From positions 124,001 through 188,000 of the IMG/VR virus record IMGVR_UViG_3300036715_003906: a stretch of 64,000 nt of DNA; one strand, written 5' to 3'. Numbering within the stretch: the stretch's first letter is position 1; each line of letters opens with the position of its first letter. The notes beneath the pieces are model-generated. The model saw only the letters and a list, made by a program, of their open reading frames with translations, did no database searches and was not told the DNA's origin. Positions 42,693 to 51,724 of this stretch are shown piece by piece. A program made the position numbers and the translations under genes.

Positions 42693-44920
42693 AGCTCGAT
42701 CTCCTCGCCCCCGAAGGAGACGTCCACCTGCTCCGCGGTCCGCGTGGGGTCGACGTCCACCCTCATGCCCCGGGGACCGAGGCCGTACTCCGCCATGAGG
42801 GCCAGGCCGCTCTGGGCCACGACCCCCTCGACGGGGTTCTTGGTCGCCGCCCCCGAGGCCAGGATCTCACGCTGCAAGGAGGCCCGTGGGGCGGGGTAGG
42901 GCACCTCTGCCACGAGTTCCTTGCCGAGCACAGAGCACTGACCGAGCGACGACCGGTGAACACAGGTCGCGCACTTCGAGGCCGCCTTGACGTAAGGCAC
43001 CTGACGGGCCCGGTGAATCCGGGCCGCCTCCTTGCACCCCCGCCCGTAGTCCGCGTAGACCGTGGGGTCGATGAAATAGATCCCCTGGAGCCCCTGGTCC
43101 GTGATGGCCGCCCGGAGATCCTCCCGCGCCGCCCGGATGTCCCGGACGTCGTACTGGGCCGTCAGAACCCGCCCGAGGTCCGCGCCGTAGAGCCCCTCGT
43201 TCAAGGACCGCCGGGCCGTCGCCACGATGGCCTGCCGGGTCGGGAGACTGGTCGAGTGCCCGGTCCGGTCCCCGCCCACGAAGGCCGTGTCGATCGCGGT
43301 CCGAGCCGCCGCTTTACCCCCCGTCCCCCGGGCCGCGGACCGGAAGAGGGTCTGGAGGGCCTCGCGGGGCGTGCCCTGGGCCAGCCGCGTGTCCCAGGGG
43401 GCGATGCGGCCGGCCATCTTGTGCTCCATGAAGACCGTCTCGACCATCGCCAGGGTGGTGACGTCCGCCGCCGACCCGACCACCGGCTTGCCGTAAACCA
43501 GGCACCGGCTGAGCTTGTGGTAGATGCAGCCCGCGCACTTCGCCCCCGCCACCACCGCCTTGACCCCGGGGTTGTGGGTGGCGAGGAAGGACGCCCCCTC
43601 ATGGCAGTCGTCGAAGGACGCCTGCGTCGTGTAGAGGACGCCGTAGAGCCCCGCTTCCCGGAGGAGGGGCTGCCAGTGCGCCGCCGTGGCCTGGAGATCC
43701 ACGGGGCTCGCCACCTGGCGCATGATCTCGGACAGCTCGGCCTCGGGACGCCCCTTGAGCATCTCCCGCTGGAGGACCGCCACGATGGGTCGGGCACGGA
43801 TCTCGGAAGCCATGCGCTGGGTCGCCTCGTCCCGCTTCCGGGTGAGGTTCTCCGCTGCCATGAGCTGGCCGTGAACCGTCGTCTGGGACACCTCGGGGGC
43901 CGGGGGCGCCGCCTGGCCCTGACCCACGTAGACCGGACGGAGCACTTCCTGCCCCCCGGCGACCCGCTGACGCACGTCTTCGAGGGCCTCGGCCGTCGTG
44001 GCCGCCGCCGCCAGCCGGAAGGCCGCCTGAGCGTCGAGGACGGGGATGGACCCCGACCGGAGCGCCGCCGCGATCTCCCCCCGGAGGTGGTCCCGCGAGG
44101 CCGTGAGGTCGATGGGGGCCTCGAAAGCCGGCGCCTCCCCCGCCTGACGGATCAGACGCTGGACGTTCTCGACCGGCTTGAAGGAAGCCCGTACAGGCTC
44201 CACCGCCCCCGCGGGGGCGAGGAGGGCCAGACGGATGCGCTCCCGGGGAGCCGACTGGCTTGCCCGTACCTGGCGCCCCTTGGCCGCCTCCATCTGCTCG
44301 ACCTGCTCGGCCAGGGCATCGGTGTAGGGGACCTCGACGACCAGCTCCTTGTGGAAGACCGAGCACGTCTGGGTCCCGGTCGGGAGCTTGTGGGCATGGA
44401 GGCACCCCTCGCACGCCTCCTTGGCCCGGAGAAACCGGGCCGTGGCCGCGTGACGCTTGACGAAGGCCGCCGCCTTGGCGCCGCCCTGGTGGCACCCGGG
44501 GAAGTCCGCCGCGTCCACGAAGTAGGGCCCGAGGAGCCCACGCTCGGCCAGCACCGAACCGAGGGCCGTCCGGGCCGCACGAAGCTGGTTCGGGTCGAAC
44601 CGCTGGGTCAGGGCGTTCTTGATCTTGTCGAGGTCCGTGGTCTGGACGATCAGGAGACGAGCCACCTTCACGATGTCCGCCGGGGCACCCCGCAGGAGCC
44701 CGTGCTCCGGGGAGAGGTCCCCCATGGTCCGCGGGGCCCCTGCGCGGTTGGGGACGTAGGAAGAAGGGGGCTGGTCCTCGTGGGACCAGGCCGCGACGAG
44801 GTCCGGCACGACGTCGAGGTTCTGCTTGGGGAGGCGGTCGAGGTCGCGGTAATCCGCCTCGTCCACATCGAGCCAATCGAGCTTGGCGGGGGTCGTGCTG
44901 AGGAGGTTGCTGATGTCCAT
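42689..44920 (-). CDS. Hypothetical protein with three internal Cys-rich repeats
   Basis: Three copies of GL.G.....C ... C..C.(H/Y)...C.V..K..V. Confidence 0.65.
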   Translation of the reverse strand: MDISNLLSTTPAKLDWLDVDEADYRDLDRLPKQNLDVVPDLVAAWSHEDQPPSSYVPNRAGAPRTMGDLSPEHGLLRGAPADIVKVARLLIVQTTDLDKIKNALTQRFDPNQLRAARTALGSVLAERGLLGPYFVDAADFPGCHQGGAKAAAFVKRHAATARFLRAKEACEGCLHAHKLPTGTQTCSVFHKELVVEVPYTDALAEQVEQMEAAKGRQVRASQSAPRERIRLALLAPAGAVEPVRASFKPVENVQRLIRQAGEAPAFEAPIDLTASRDHLRGEIAAALRSGSIPVLDAQAAFRLAAAATTAEALEDVRQRVAGGQEVLRPVYVGQGQAAPPAPEVSQTTVHGQLMAAENLTRKRDEATQRMASEIRARPIVAVLQREMLKGRPEAELSEIMRQVASPVDLQATAAHWQPLLREAGLYGVLYTTQASFDDCHEGASFLATHNPGVKAVVAGAKCAGCIYHKLSRCLVYGKPVVGSAADVTTLAMVETVFMEHKMAGRIAPWDTRLAQGTPREALQTLFRSAARGTGGKAAARTAIDTAFVGGDRTGHSTSLPTRQAIVATARRSLNEGLYGADLGRVLTAQYDVRDIRAAREDLRAAITDQGLQGIYFIDPTVYADYGRGCKEAARIHRARQVPYVKAASKCATCVHRSSLGQCSVLGKELVAEVPYPAPRASLQREILASGAATKNPVEGVVAQSGLALMAEYGLGPRGMRVDVDPTRTAEQVDVSFGGEEIEL

Positions 44921-44922
44921 GG

Positions 44923-46263
44923 TTACTTCGGTCCCTCTCGCCGCTCGTAGATGGGGTCAGGCGTCATCTGCGGGGTCGTGTCATCCCACTGCACCATGGG
45001 ACCCTGGCGCTCGTAGGTGTAGCCCGAGCCAGGCGCGTCCAGGTCGATGTTCCGGGGGGCGTTTTCCTCCCCGGGGAGAGCCGAGTCGGCCCCCTTGTCG
45101 ATGTCGTTGTCCTTGAACCCCTCGTAGGAGTCGGCGCGGGCCACCGGCTTCTCCATGTCATTCGGCAAAAGGGCGTGCGCGCCCTTGCCCGGCAAAGACT
45201 TGTCGTGGATCGCCTCGTCCACCTTCTCGGTCGTCCCGTCGCCACCCCAGGGCGTGGTCGGCCCGCCCGGGTCATCGGGCAAACCGGACCGGGGTCCGTT
45301 GACCCCCCTGCCGCCCGAGGAGGGGTTGGCCGTCCCGTTGCCCCCGGCGCCCTGGCCGCGGGCCCCGTAGCCGAGACCGAAATCCCAGGCTTCCGTGGGC
45401 GTGTCATCGCTCCAGGCCCCGGGCGTCACGCTCTCGCCGAGCCGGGGGACCGTGGGGTCCTTGCCGTGGAAGATGTCCTCGGACCATCCGTCGTCCACCG
45501 GGGGCTCGTCCTGGTTGTAGGAGCCGCCCGGACCCGTCTGCTCCCCGCGGTCGAGGTGGTCGACGCGGGGCCCGCCGGGGAGGGTGCTGACGGGCAAGGT
45601 GGAGTTCGCGCGCCGCTCGTAGGAGTAGCCCGACGCCTGCTTGTCCTGGATGAAGGGCTTGTGCCCGGGCTCCTCGTTCACGCCGTCCGGCAGGTTGGAG
45701 TTGCCTTGCTCGACCTCGACCTTGAACCGGGGGTCCTTGAACTTCGGCCGGGACTCGATCGCGTCCATGTCCTCCTCGGCCTCGCCTTCGGGGTCGTCGA
45801 GGTTCTCCGAAGCGTCGTCGAGGAGCTTGACCACGTCGTCCGCATCCGCTTCGTCGAGGTCAGCCAGGCGGGGCTTCCAGTGCGGGGCGTTGATCTCGTC
45901 GTGGAGCGTGTCGCAGATGCTGCTGATATGGTCGCTGGCCTCGAACAGCAGGGACCGCACGTCCTTCACGCTCATCACGTAGCCCCGCCCGCCCACCCGG
46001 CCGTCGGGGCTGAACGAGGTGCTCTTGAGGCGGGAAAACTGCCGGTGTGCGGTGAGGACGTGACCCAGGGCAACCGAGAGGGCCCAGAGCGTCTTGACGA
46101 GCGGCTTGAGCGCCCGCGGGTCGTAGTCGTGCCCCTCGGGGATCTGCCTCTTGAGGGTGCTCTCCGCCTGCGGCCGGCCGGGAGCAGGCCGCGGCATCCC
46201 CTCGGCCGCGAGAAGGGACCGGTGCTGCCGCAGCCTATCGCGCGTCTTGCCCTGGACTCCCAT
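44923..46263 (-). CDS. Hypothetical protein (helical N-domain + long D/G/P-rich disordered tail)
   Basis: ORF with coding bias; KQAS/RRAN linkers. Confidence 0.6.
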   Translation of the reverse strand: MGVQGKTRDRLRQHRSLLAAEGMPRPAPGRPQAESTLKRQIPEGHDYDPRALKPLVKTLWALSVALGHVLTAHRQFSRLKSTSFSPDGRVGGRGYVMSVKDVRSLLFEASDHISSICDTLHDEINAPHWKPRLADLDEADADDVVKLLDDASENLDDPEGEAEEDMDAIESRPKFKDPRFKVEVEQGNSNLPDGVNEEPGHKPFIQDKQASGYSYERRANSTLPVSTLPGGPRVDHLDRGEQTGPGGSYNQDEPPVDDGWSEDIFHGKDPTVPRLGESVTPGAWSDDTPTEAWDFGLGYGARGQGAGGNGTANPSSGGRGVNGPRSGLPDDPGGPTTPWGGDGTTEKVDEAIHDKSLPGKGAHALLPNDMEKPVARADSYEGFKDNDIDKGADSALPGEENAPRNIDLDAPGSGYTYERQGPMVQWDDTTPQMTPDPIYERREGPK

Positions 46264-46268
46264 GATGT

Positions 46269-46532
46269 TCAGCCCTTGATCGGGGTCCCGGCGTCGTCGA
46301 ACAGGCGCTCGATGAACATGGAATCCCCCTCCTTGCGGAGTGCCCAGAGATCCCGGTCGCTCTTGTGGATGAGGGTGTCGCGGCTGAGCCGCTGGAAGCC
46401 CTGGAGCTGACTCACGGACGCCACCCGGACCCGTGCCGGCCGGGGCACCTTGGCCGATGCCTCGCGGGTGAAGAGCGCATCCATTCCCGTGGCGCCGCTG
46501 GTCTCGAAGTCGTCGAACTTGAAATCGCTCAT
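46269..46532 (-). CDS. Small hypothetical protein
   Basis: 87 aa; TLIHKSDRDLWAL...IERLFDD.G.P.KG. Confidence 0.6.
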   Translation of the reverse strand: MSDFKFDDFETSGATGMDALFTREASAKVPRPARVRVASVSQLQGFQRLSRDTLIHKSDRDLWALRKEGDSMFIERLFDDAGTPIKG

Positions 46533-46533
46533 G

Positions 46534-47427
46534 TCACATCACCGTGAACGTCACGTTCACGTCCTGGTAGGAGTTGTCGCTGTACCCGCTGACACGGATG
46601 ACCTCCGTGTACGTCCCGACAAGGGTGCCATCGGGGGGCTGCACGCGCACCGTGATCACCTGCACCTGACCGCTCGGCAAGGACCCACTGGACGGGGTGA
46701 AGCTCACCAGCCAGGGCGAGCACCCGGTGAGCTTCTGGACCCGGTAGCTGAGCACGGCCCCCGAGGGACCCGTGTTCTGGATCTGGAAGGTCTGGTCGGG
46801 GACCACGGCGAAGGGGCCCGACAGAGGACGCGAAGCCAGGAAAAGAAGCGATGTGGGCAGGAGCTGGATGTGCGCCTTCGGCCGCACCACCACGGTCACC
46901 GGGACCATGAGAGGGCCGTTGGTCGCCCCCGGCGCCTGGACCGCCACCGTCGCGGAGTAGGGACTCGCGGCGGCAACGAGCGTCAGGCTCGTGGCGCTCA
47001 CCTGCACCGTCCCCGAGGTCCCCGCCGGCAGACCCTCGAGGAGAGCGGGGTCTGTCACCAGCCAGGGCGCCGACGTCGTGAAGGTGGGCGCGAGGACCGA
47101 GCCGTAGACCCCGTCGTTCGACACGAGGAGGGCGACGCTGTCCCCGAAGCCACGTCCCTCGTCGAGCGTGAGGGTCAGGCTCCCCGGGGTGACGGCGATG
47201 TGCGGGGCAAAAGCCGACGCCATGTCCGTGACCTGCTGGGCCATCGCCTGCACGATCTCCCCCGGAAGCGGGATGCTGTCCCGCAGGATGCCGTAAGGGG
47301 AGAGGATGTCCCGGATGTCGAACCGTGGCGCACCACGGGACACGTCCATCCGCACCGTCCACGACCAGCGTCCCTGGGGGGTCTGGAGGCTGGCGGAGTA
47401 GTCCTGGTGGTCGGTTCTGACAGGCAT
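46534..47427 (-). CDS. BACON/Ig-like repeat virion protein
   Basis: Two ...PWL...P..G.L..G.S..V.V beta-sandwich repeats. Confidence 0.6.
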   Translation of the reverse strand: MPVRTDHQDYSASLQTPQGRWSWTVRMDVSRGAPRFDIRDILSPYGILRDSIPLPGEIVQAMAQQVTDMASAFAPHIAVTPGSLTLTLDEGRGFGDSVALLVSNDGVYGSVLAPTFTTSAPWLVTDPALLEGLPAGTSGTVQVSATSLTLVAAASPYSATVAVQAPGATNGPLMVPVTVVVRPKAHIQLLPTSLLFLASRPLSGPFAVVPDQTFQIQNTGPSGAVLSYRVQKLTGCSPWLVSFTPSSGSLPSGQVQVITVRVQPPDGTLVGTYTEVIRVSGYSDNSYQDVNVTFTVM

Positions 47428-47430
47428 CGC

Positions 47431-48123
47431 TCATAGGCGAGCCTGCATAAGTAAAGAACAGCAATCAAGGCCGCGATCGGCCCATTGCGGGAGCTTCACC
47501 TCCCGCAATATATTGAAGTTCTCGCTGATCGCGAAGAAGACCCGGTAGTAGCGCTGGAGAGGCCCCTCCAGCCCCTCCTCGTCGAGCTGCTCCTTCTCCC
47601 GGTCCGCCATCCCCCGTAGGGCCCCGAGGGCCGTGAAGAACCGGTGACGCACCCTCCCCTGCGTCTGGTTCAAGTTCTTGGCCACCTCGCTCTGGCACGT
47701 CGTCTCCCAGATCCCGAGCAGGATCGCGACGTCGATGTCGGGGAAGCCCGCCCGGGCAAGGTCCTCCCGCATCTCGTCCGGATCCACCTGTGGGATCGAC
47801 AGGAGGAACTTGAGCCGCTGGAGCCCCCGGTCGAGGCGGTAGCTCACCGCCGCCTGCGTGATCCCGAAGATGGCCGCGATCTCGGCCTGCTTCTTCCGCA
47901 AGAGGAAGTAGAGGTGGATGAGGTCCGCTTCCCGCTCCGGGATGCGATCGAGCAGGGGCTTGATCTCCTCCTCGTAGCTCGCCGCCTCCAGGAAGGCCCC
48001 AACCTCCGGATCTGCCTCGACGAGCCCCTCCTCCGCCGCCTCCATGAGCCCGTCGGCTAGCAGGTCCCGCGAGGCCAGATGTGCTGGATCAATCGGCGCG
48101 ATGTACTTGGAGCCTCGGGGCAT
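47431..48123 (-). CDS. Sigma-70 region-4-like transcription factor with two HTH domains
   Basis: IPEREADLIHLYF....QAEIAAIFGITQAAVSYRL.R and a second HTH QSEVAKNLNQTQGRVRHRF; no region 2 visible. Confidence 0.75.
   Translation of the reverse strand: MPRGSKYIAPIDPAHLASRDLLADGLMEAAEEGLVEADPEVGAFLEAASYEEEIKPLLDRIPEREADLIHLYFLLRKKQAEIAAIFGITQAAVSYRLDRGLQRLKFLLSIPQVDPDEMREDLARAGFPDIDVAILLGIWETTCQSEVAKNLNQTQGRVRHRFFTALGALRGMADREKEQLDEEGLEGPLQRYYRVFFAISENFNILREVKLPQWADRGLDCCSLLMQARL
47446..47456 (-). promoter_or_regulatory. Best copy of a recurrent T-rich motif (CTTTACTTATG), candidate late promoter
   Basis: Related copies at 19051, 22295, 18160, 37969, 27384, 31643, 34559, 23498 and 15086, each upstream of a structural-gene start. 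Confidence 0.5.
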
Positions 48124-48129
48124 AACACC

Positions 48130-49758
48130 TCAGAACAGGGGAAGCTGGAAGAAGGTCTGGAGGATGCGATCGTGCCGCATCTGGATCTCATCGAGCGCCC
48201 CGAGAACCTTGGCCCGGTCCTGCTGGGGGGGGGTGACCTCCAGCGCGATCGTGGAGATCAGCTCCATGAGCCGCAGGTTGAGCCGAACCTGCCCCTGGGA
48301 TGCCTTCAAGGAAGCATACAGGGCCTTGCTCACCCCGCCAAGGGTCGAACGGTAAACCCCGTCCACGGAGCCGTAAAGCGCGATCAGCTTGGCCGCGGTC
48401 TTCGCCCCACACCCGGGGACCCCAGGAATCTCGTCGCTCTTGTCCCCGGCGAGGGCGCGGTAGGAGACCATCTGGGCCGGCGTGACCCCGTAGACCTCCT
48501 GCACCTTCGCGGGCGTGAACGTGAGGGGGGTGGGGCCCGGGACGAGCACCGTCACCCGCTCGGACACGAGCTGGAGCATGTCGCGATCGGACGAGATCAC
48601 GAGGCAGGGGGCCTCCGTCTCCGCCACCAGCGTCGCGAGGACATCATCGGCCTCCTCGGCGTGGTGCATGGCCTGGGTCACCCCGAGGTCCGGGAGGAAC
48701 TTCTGGAGCCACGTCACCTCCCGGAACACCCCGAGCGATCCCCGGCTCGCCTTGTACCCAGGGAAGAGGGCCCGGCGCCGCCTGCTCGATCCGTCCCACA
48801 CCACCGTGAAGTGCGCCTCGGGCCAGGTCTTCTTCCAGGACGTGAGGGAGTTGAGGAAGCCCACGATGGCCCCCGTGGACCGGCCATTCTTGTCCGTCAG
48901 CTTGTCGAGCCCGGGGGCAGTCGCACAGCGGCACGCCAGGTTGTGGCCATCGATCAGGGCATGCAGTGGGGGGGTCACGGCATCAATCTCCCGTTCCAGG
49001 GTCGCGAGGCGGTCCGCGAGGTCACTCAACCTCGACCAGTGGAAGTACACCTGCTCCAAATCCCGCACCGGAAGATCGGTCTCGAGGGCCACGAAGATCT
49101 GCGCGAGGGGGGTGCCCTTCTCGAACCACCGCCGGAACTTCTCGTACCGGGCGTGGGCCCCCCGGAGAAGCTCGGGCTGGGGCAAGGGAGCGCGGAGGAT
49201 CTCGGACCCCCGCAGGACATCCCGGAGAAGGGGCGTCATGCGGTCCACGAAGGGCGGGGGCGCCACCTTCTCGACCAGCCGCAGAAAGGACCGGGGGAGC
49301 GTGACCAGGGCCTCCTTCGACCGCAGCTTGATATGCACCTGGACCTCGGCCCCGAGGTCCGCGATGACGGACGCCCGCAGGTTCCGGTACGGGCCCGAGG
49401 TCACGTCCACCATGTCCCCCGACTCGATCCCCTGGTCCTCCACCGCCCGGATCTGGGCCCGGAAGCGATCGATCTCGGCGTCGCTCACGAGGGCGAGCTT
49501 CCCCGGGGAGACGATGACGGGCCCCTCGACGTACTTCGTGTCGTTCAGCCGCCGGTAGCGCTCATCGGGGTAGTCCCGGCGCACGAAGACGTACCCTTCG
49601 AGGAGCCATGTCACGACCCGGTCCGTCCCCGACTGGGTCACCGACGCCGGCAAGAAGACCTCGGCGTCGCGCAGGTAGTGCCGGATGCTGGCCCGGATGA
49701 TCTCCGGAGCCTCCCCCTCGGCCCGAGGGCTCAGATTCAGGACCACCCACGAGGCCAT
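48130..49758 (-). CDS. Fusion: NusG/RfaH-like (NGN+KOW) domain + PolA-type 5'-3' exonuclease (FEN)
   Basis: N-terminal W.VL...F.P...L.GYVFV and GDMVDVTSGPY.N (KOW). C-terminal LIDGHN, VVWDG, R..LFPGYKA.R, EADD, SSDRDMLQL, GDKSDEIPGVPGCGAKTA (H3TH). Start ATG 49758 (TGATG overlap). Confidence 0.85.
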   Translation of the reverse strand: MASWVVLNLSPRAEGEAPEIIRASIRHYLRDAEVFLPASVTQSGTDRVVTWLLEGYVFVRRDYPDERYRRLNDTKYVEGPVIVSPGKLALVSDAEIDRFRAQIRAVEDQGIESGDMVDVTSGPYRNLRASVIADLGAEVQVHIKLRSKEALVTLPRSFLRLVEKVAPPPFVDRMTPLLRDVLRGSEILRAPLPQPELLRGAHARYEKFRRWFEKGTPLAQIFVALETDLPVRDLEQVYFHWSRLSDLADRLATLEREIDAVTPPLHALIDGHNLACRCATAPGLDKLTDKNGRSTGAIVGFLNSLTSWKKTWPEAHFTVVWDGSSRRRRALFPGYKASRGSLGVFREVTWLQKFLPDLGVTQAMHHAEEADDVLATLVAETEAPCLVISSDRDMLQLVSERVTVLVPGPTPLTFTPAKVQEVYGVTPAQMVSYRALAGDKSDEIPGVPGCGAKTAAKLIALYGSVDGVYRSTLGGVSKALYASLKASQGQVRLNLRLMELISTIALEVTPPQQDRAKVLGALDEIQMRHDRILQTFFQLPLF

Positions 49759-51236
49759 CAGCGGTTCCGCCAGAACTGGGCAAAGGCCGCCTGCCACGCC
49801 GCCGGGGACAGCACCTCGGTATCCTCGGCCGGCCCGAAGCGGAGGGCCTGCGGAGGAGCCGTCGCCCCCCGCGGGAGAACCTGGGAGATGACCTTGTGAT
49901 CGAACTCCGTGAGGGCGAGGTCGTCCTGCCCGAGCGGACCCACGCCGTCCGCCCGGACATCGGGCCCCTGTGCTCGTGGTTGCGGACGGGAGGGATCCGG
50001 CCGAGCTGCTGGAGGGGGGGCCAGAGGCGCCACGGGAACCGGAGCCGGGGGCGCCACGGGAACCGGAGCCGGGGGCGCCACGGGAACCGGAGCCGGGGGC
50101 GCGGGCGGGGGAGACGGGGCCGGCGACGCCACGGGGGCCGGGAGGGCGGCCTGGGGCGCCTGGGGCACCGCCACGACCTGCACGGGAGCCGGGACGCCCG
50201 ACGGGCTACCGCCCCCCAGGGCGAGGACATCGCAGAGGAGCGAGGACCTTGTCGGCTGGGGACGGGCGAGGAAGAACTCGGCGAGGCGGAGGGTGGTGAG
50301 CCCGAAGAGGGCGTAGACCTGCTCACCCTTGGGCCTGTCCAGGAAAGCAAAGTCAGAGGTCATCTTGTGCGCCTGACGATAGCTGTTCATGGCCGCCTCC
50401 GCGAGTCCCGCCGCGATCGCCTCGGGGGGAGCCTGCTCCGCGGCCTTCTCGACCAGGTCGAGGGCCCGGGGCAGGTCGCCGAGGGAGAGGAGGATGTCGT
50501 AGTAGGTCGTGACGAGCTGGAGGGAGAGATGCTCCCGGACCGTGTCGAGGTCGATCTTTCCGAGCTGCGCCAGCATCTCCAGGTGCTTGAGGATGTCGCG
50601 GACGTGACCCCCAGCGTGGTCGATGACCGTGAGGACCGCGTCCTCCTCGTAGTCTGCCCCCTCGGCGTCGAGGACGTAGCGCATCCGGGCGTAGAGGGCG
50701 TCCCGGGGCACCCGACGGATCGCGTACTCCTCGCACCGGGACCGGATCGTCCCCTTGATCTTGGCGGGCTCCGTGGTGCAGAAGATGCCCACCATGCGGC
50801 GCTCTTCGAGGGGCTTGAGGAGCACATCCTGTGCCCCGATCCCCATCCGCTGGGCCTCGTCGAAGAGGTAGACCCTCCGCGTGGACCCGAGCACCGTGAA
50901 GGGCAGATCATCGACGATGCCGCGGATCACATCGACGGTGCCATGGGAGGCCGCGTCGAGTTCGTGGAAGGCCCCGGGCTGCTCGTTGAGCACGGCCAGG
51001 CAGTTGTTGCACTCGTTGCAGGGCTCAGGGTTTGCCCGGTCGAGCTGAAGGCAGAGAGCCGCCCGGGCCAGGATGCGCCCGAAGGTCGTCTTCCCCTGCC
51101 CGTGGCCCCCCGAGAAGAGGTAGCTCGTGTCGAGAGCCGTGCCCTCGGCGAGCCGCCTCTGGACCAGCGTCACGGCCCCCTCTTGTCCAAGGATGTCCGC
51201 GAACTTGAGAGGGCGGTAACGCTGATCCCACGCCAT
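49758..51236 (-). CDS. dnaX: DNA polymerase III clamp loader gamma/tau
   Basis: YRP..F.DI.GQ, Walker A GHGQGKTT, PCNECNNC Zn motif, ELDAAS, DEA, LLKPLEE, TIRSRC. Confidence 0.9.
   Translation of the reverse strand: MAWDQRYRPLKFADILGQEGAVTLVQRRLAEGTALDTSYLFSGGHGQGKTTFGRILARAALCLQLDRANPEPCNECNNCLAVLNEQPGAFHELDAASHGTVDVIRGIVDDLPFTVLGSTRRVYLFDEAQRMGIGAQDVLLKPLEERRMVGIFCTTEPAKIKGTIRSRCEEYAIRRVPRDALYARMRYVLDAEGADYEEDAVLTVIDHAGGHVRDILKHLEMLAQLGKIDLDTVREHLSLQLVTTYYDILLSLGDLPRALDLVEKAAEQAPPEAIAAGLAEAAMNSYRQAHKMTSDFAFLDRPKGEQVYALFGLTTLRLAEFFLARPQPTRSSLLCDVLALGGGSPSGVPAPVQVVAVPQAPQAALPAPVASPAPSPPPAPPAPVPVAPPAPVPVAPPAPVPVAPLAPPPAARPDPSRPQPRAQGPDVRADGVGPLGQDDLALTEFDHKVISQVLPRGATAPPQALRFGPAEDTEVLSPAAWQAAFAQFWRNR
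50026..50097. repeat. 24-nt coding tandem repeat x3 (PAPVPVAP) in the DnaX linker
   Basis: GGCGCCACGGGAACCGGAGCCGGG x3, perfect. Confidence 0.9.
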
Positions 51237-51724
51237 CAGACGTCCCCGGAGCCCTGCGTCGTCATCGCGACCGTCGTGGCCGTCGTAGCCACATCGGTCT
51301 CGATCATCTTCGAGACCGTGACGAAGTCGTTGAGGCCCTCCTGCCAGACGCCGTGCCGCCGCAGGATCGACGTGAACTCCTGCACGTCAGGGGACCGGAC
51401 AGCGTACTTCATCTCCCCCGTCTTCTCGTCCTCCTCCCCGCCGCAGTGCTCCAGCAGGTGATCGAGGGCCGCCTGCCGGCCCTCGCCATCAAGTTCGTTG
51501 AAGTGGTCGAGGGCGACCGTGATGATGAAGTCGCAGTCGAGGAGGAACTTGAGGTCGTCCCCGCACTTCTTGACCTTCCCGAACACGGGCCGGCCATTCT
51601 TGACCGCGCCCTTGTCGACCCACAGGTAGCGGATCTTGGCCTCCGCCAGATGCGGGTGGAACGTCGAGATGAGCGACGAGGCCAGGGTTTGGACGGTCTC
51701 GGCGTCGCTATAGATCTTTGCCAT
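51236..51724 (-). CDS. Putative phage metallopeptidase-family protein
   Basis: H.HL..AKI.YL...GK.KK...DF.I.V...F......Q.A.LDHLLEHC...R.PDVQEF..I.RRHG; start ATG 51724 with GGAAG. Confidence 0.65.
   Translation of the reverse strand: MAKIYSDAETVQTLASSLISTFHPHLAEAKIRYLWVDKGAVKNGRPVFGKVKKCGDDLKFLLDCDFIITVALDHFNELDGEGRQAALDHLLEHCGGEEDEKTGEMKYAVRSPDVQEFTSILRRHGVWQEGLNDFVTVSKMIETDVATTATTVAMTTQGSGDV

Noticed and set aside
48130-48966. Full DNA polymerase I
   Set aside because: Only the 5'-3' exonuclease domain is present; no Klenow/polymerase motifs.
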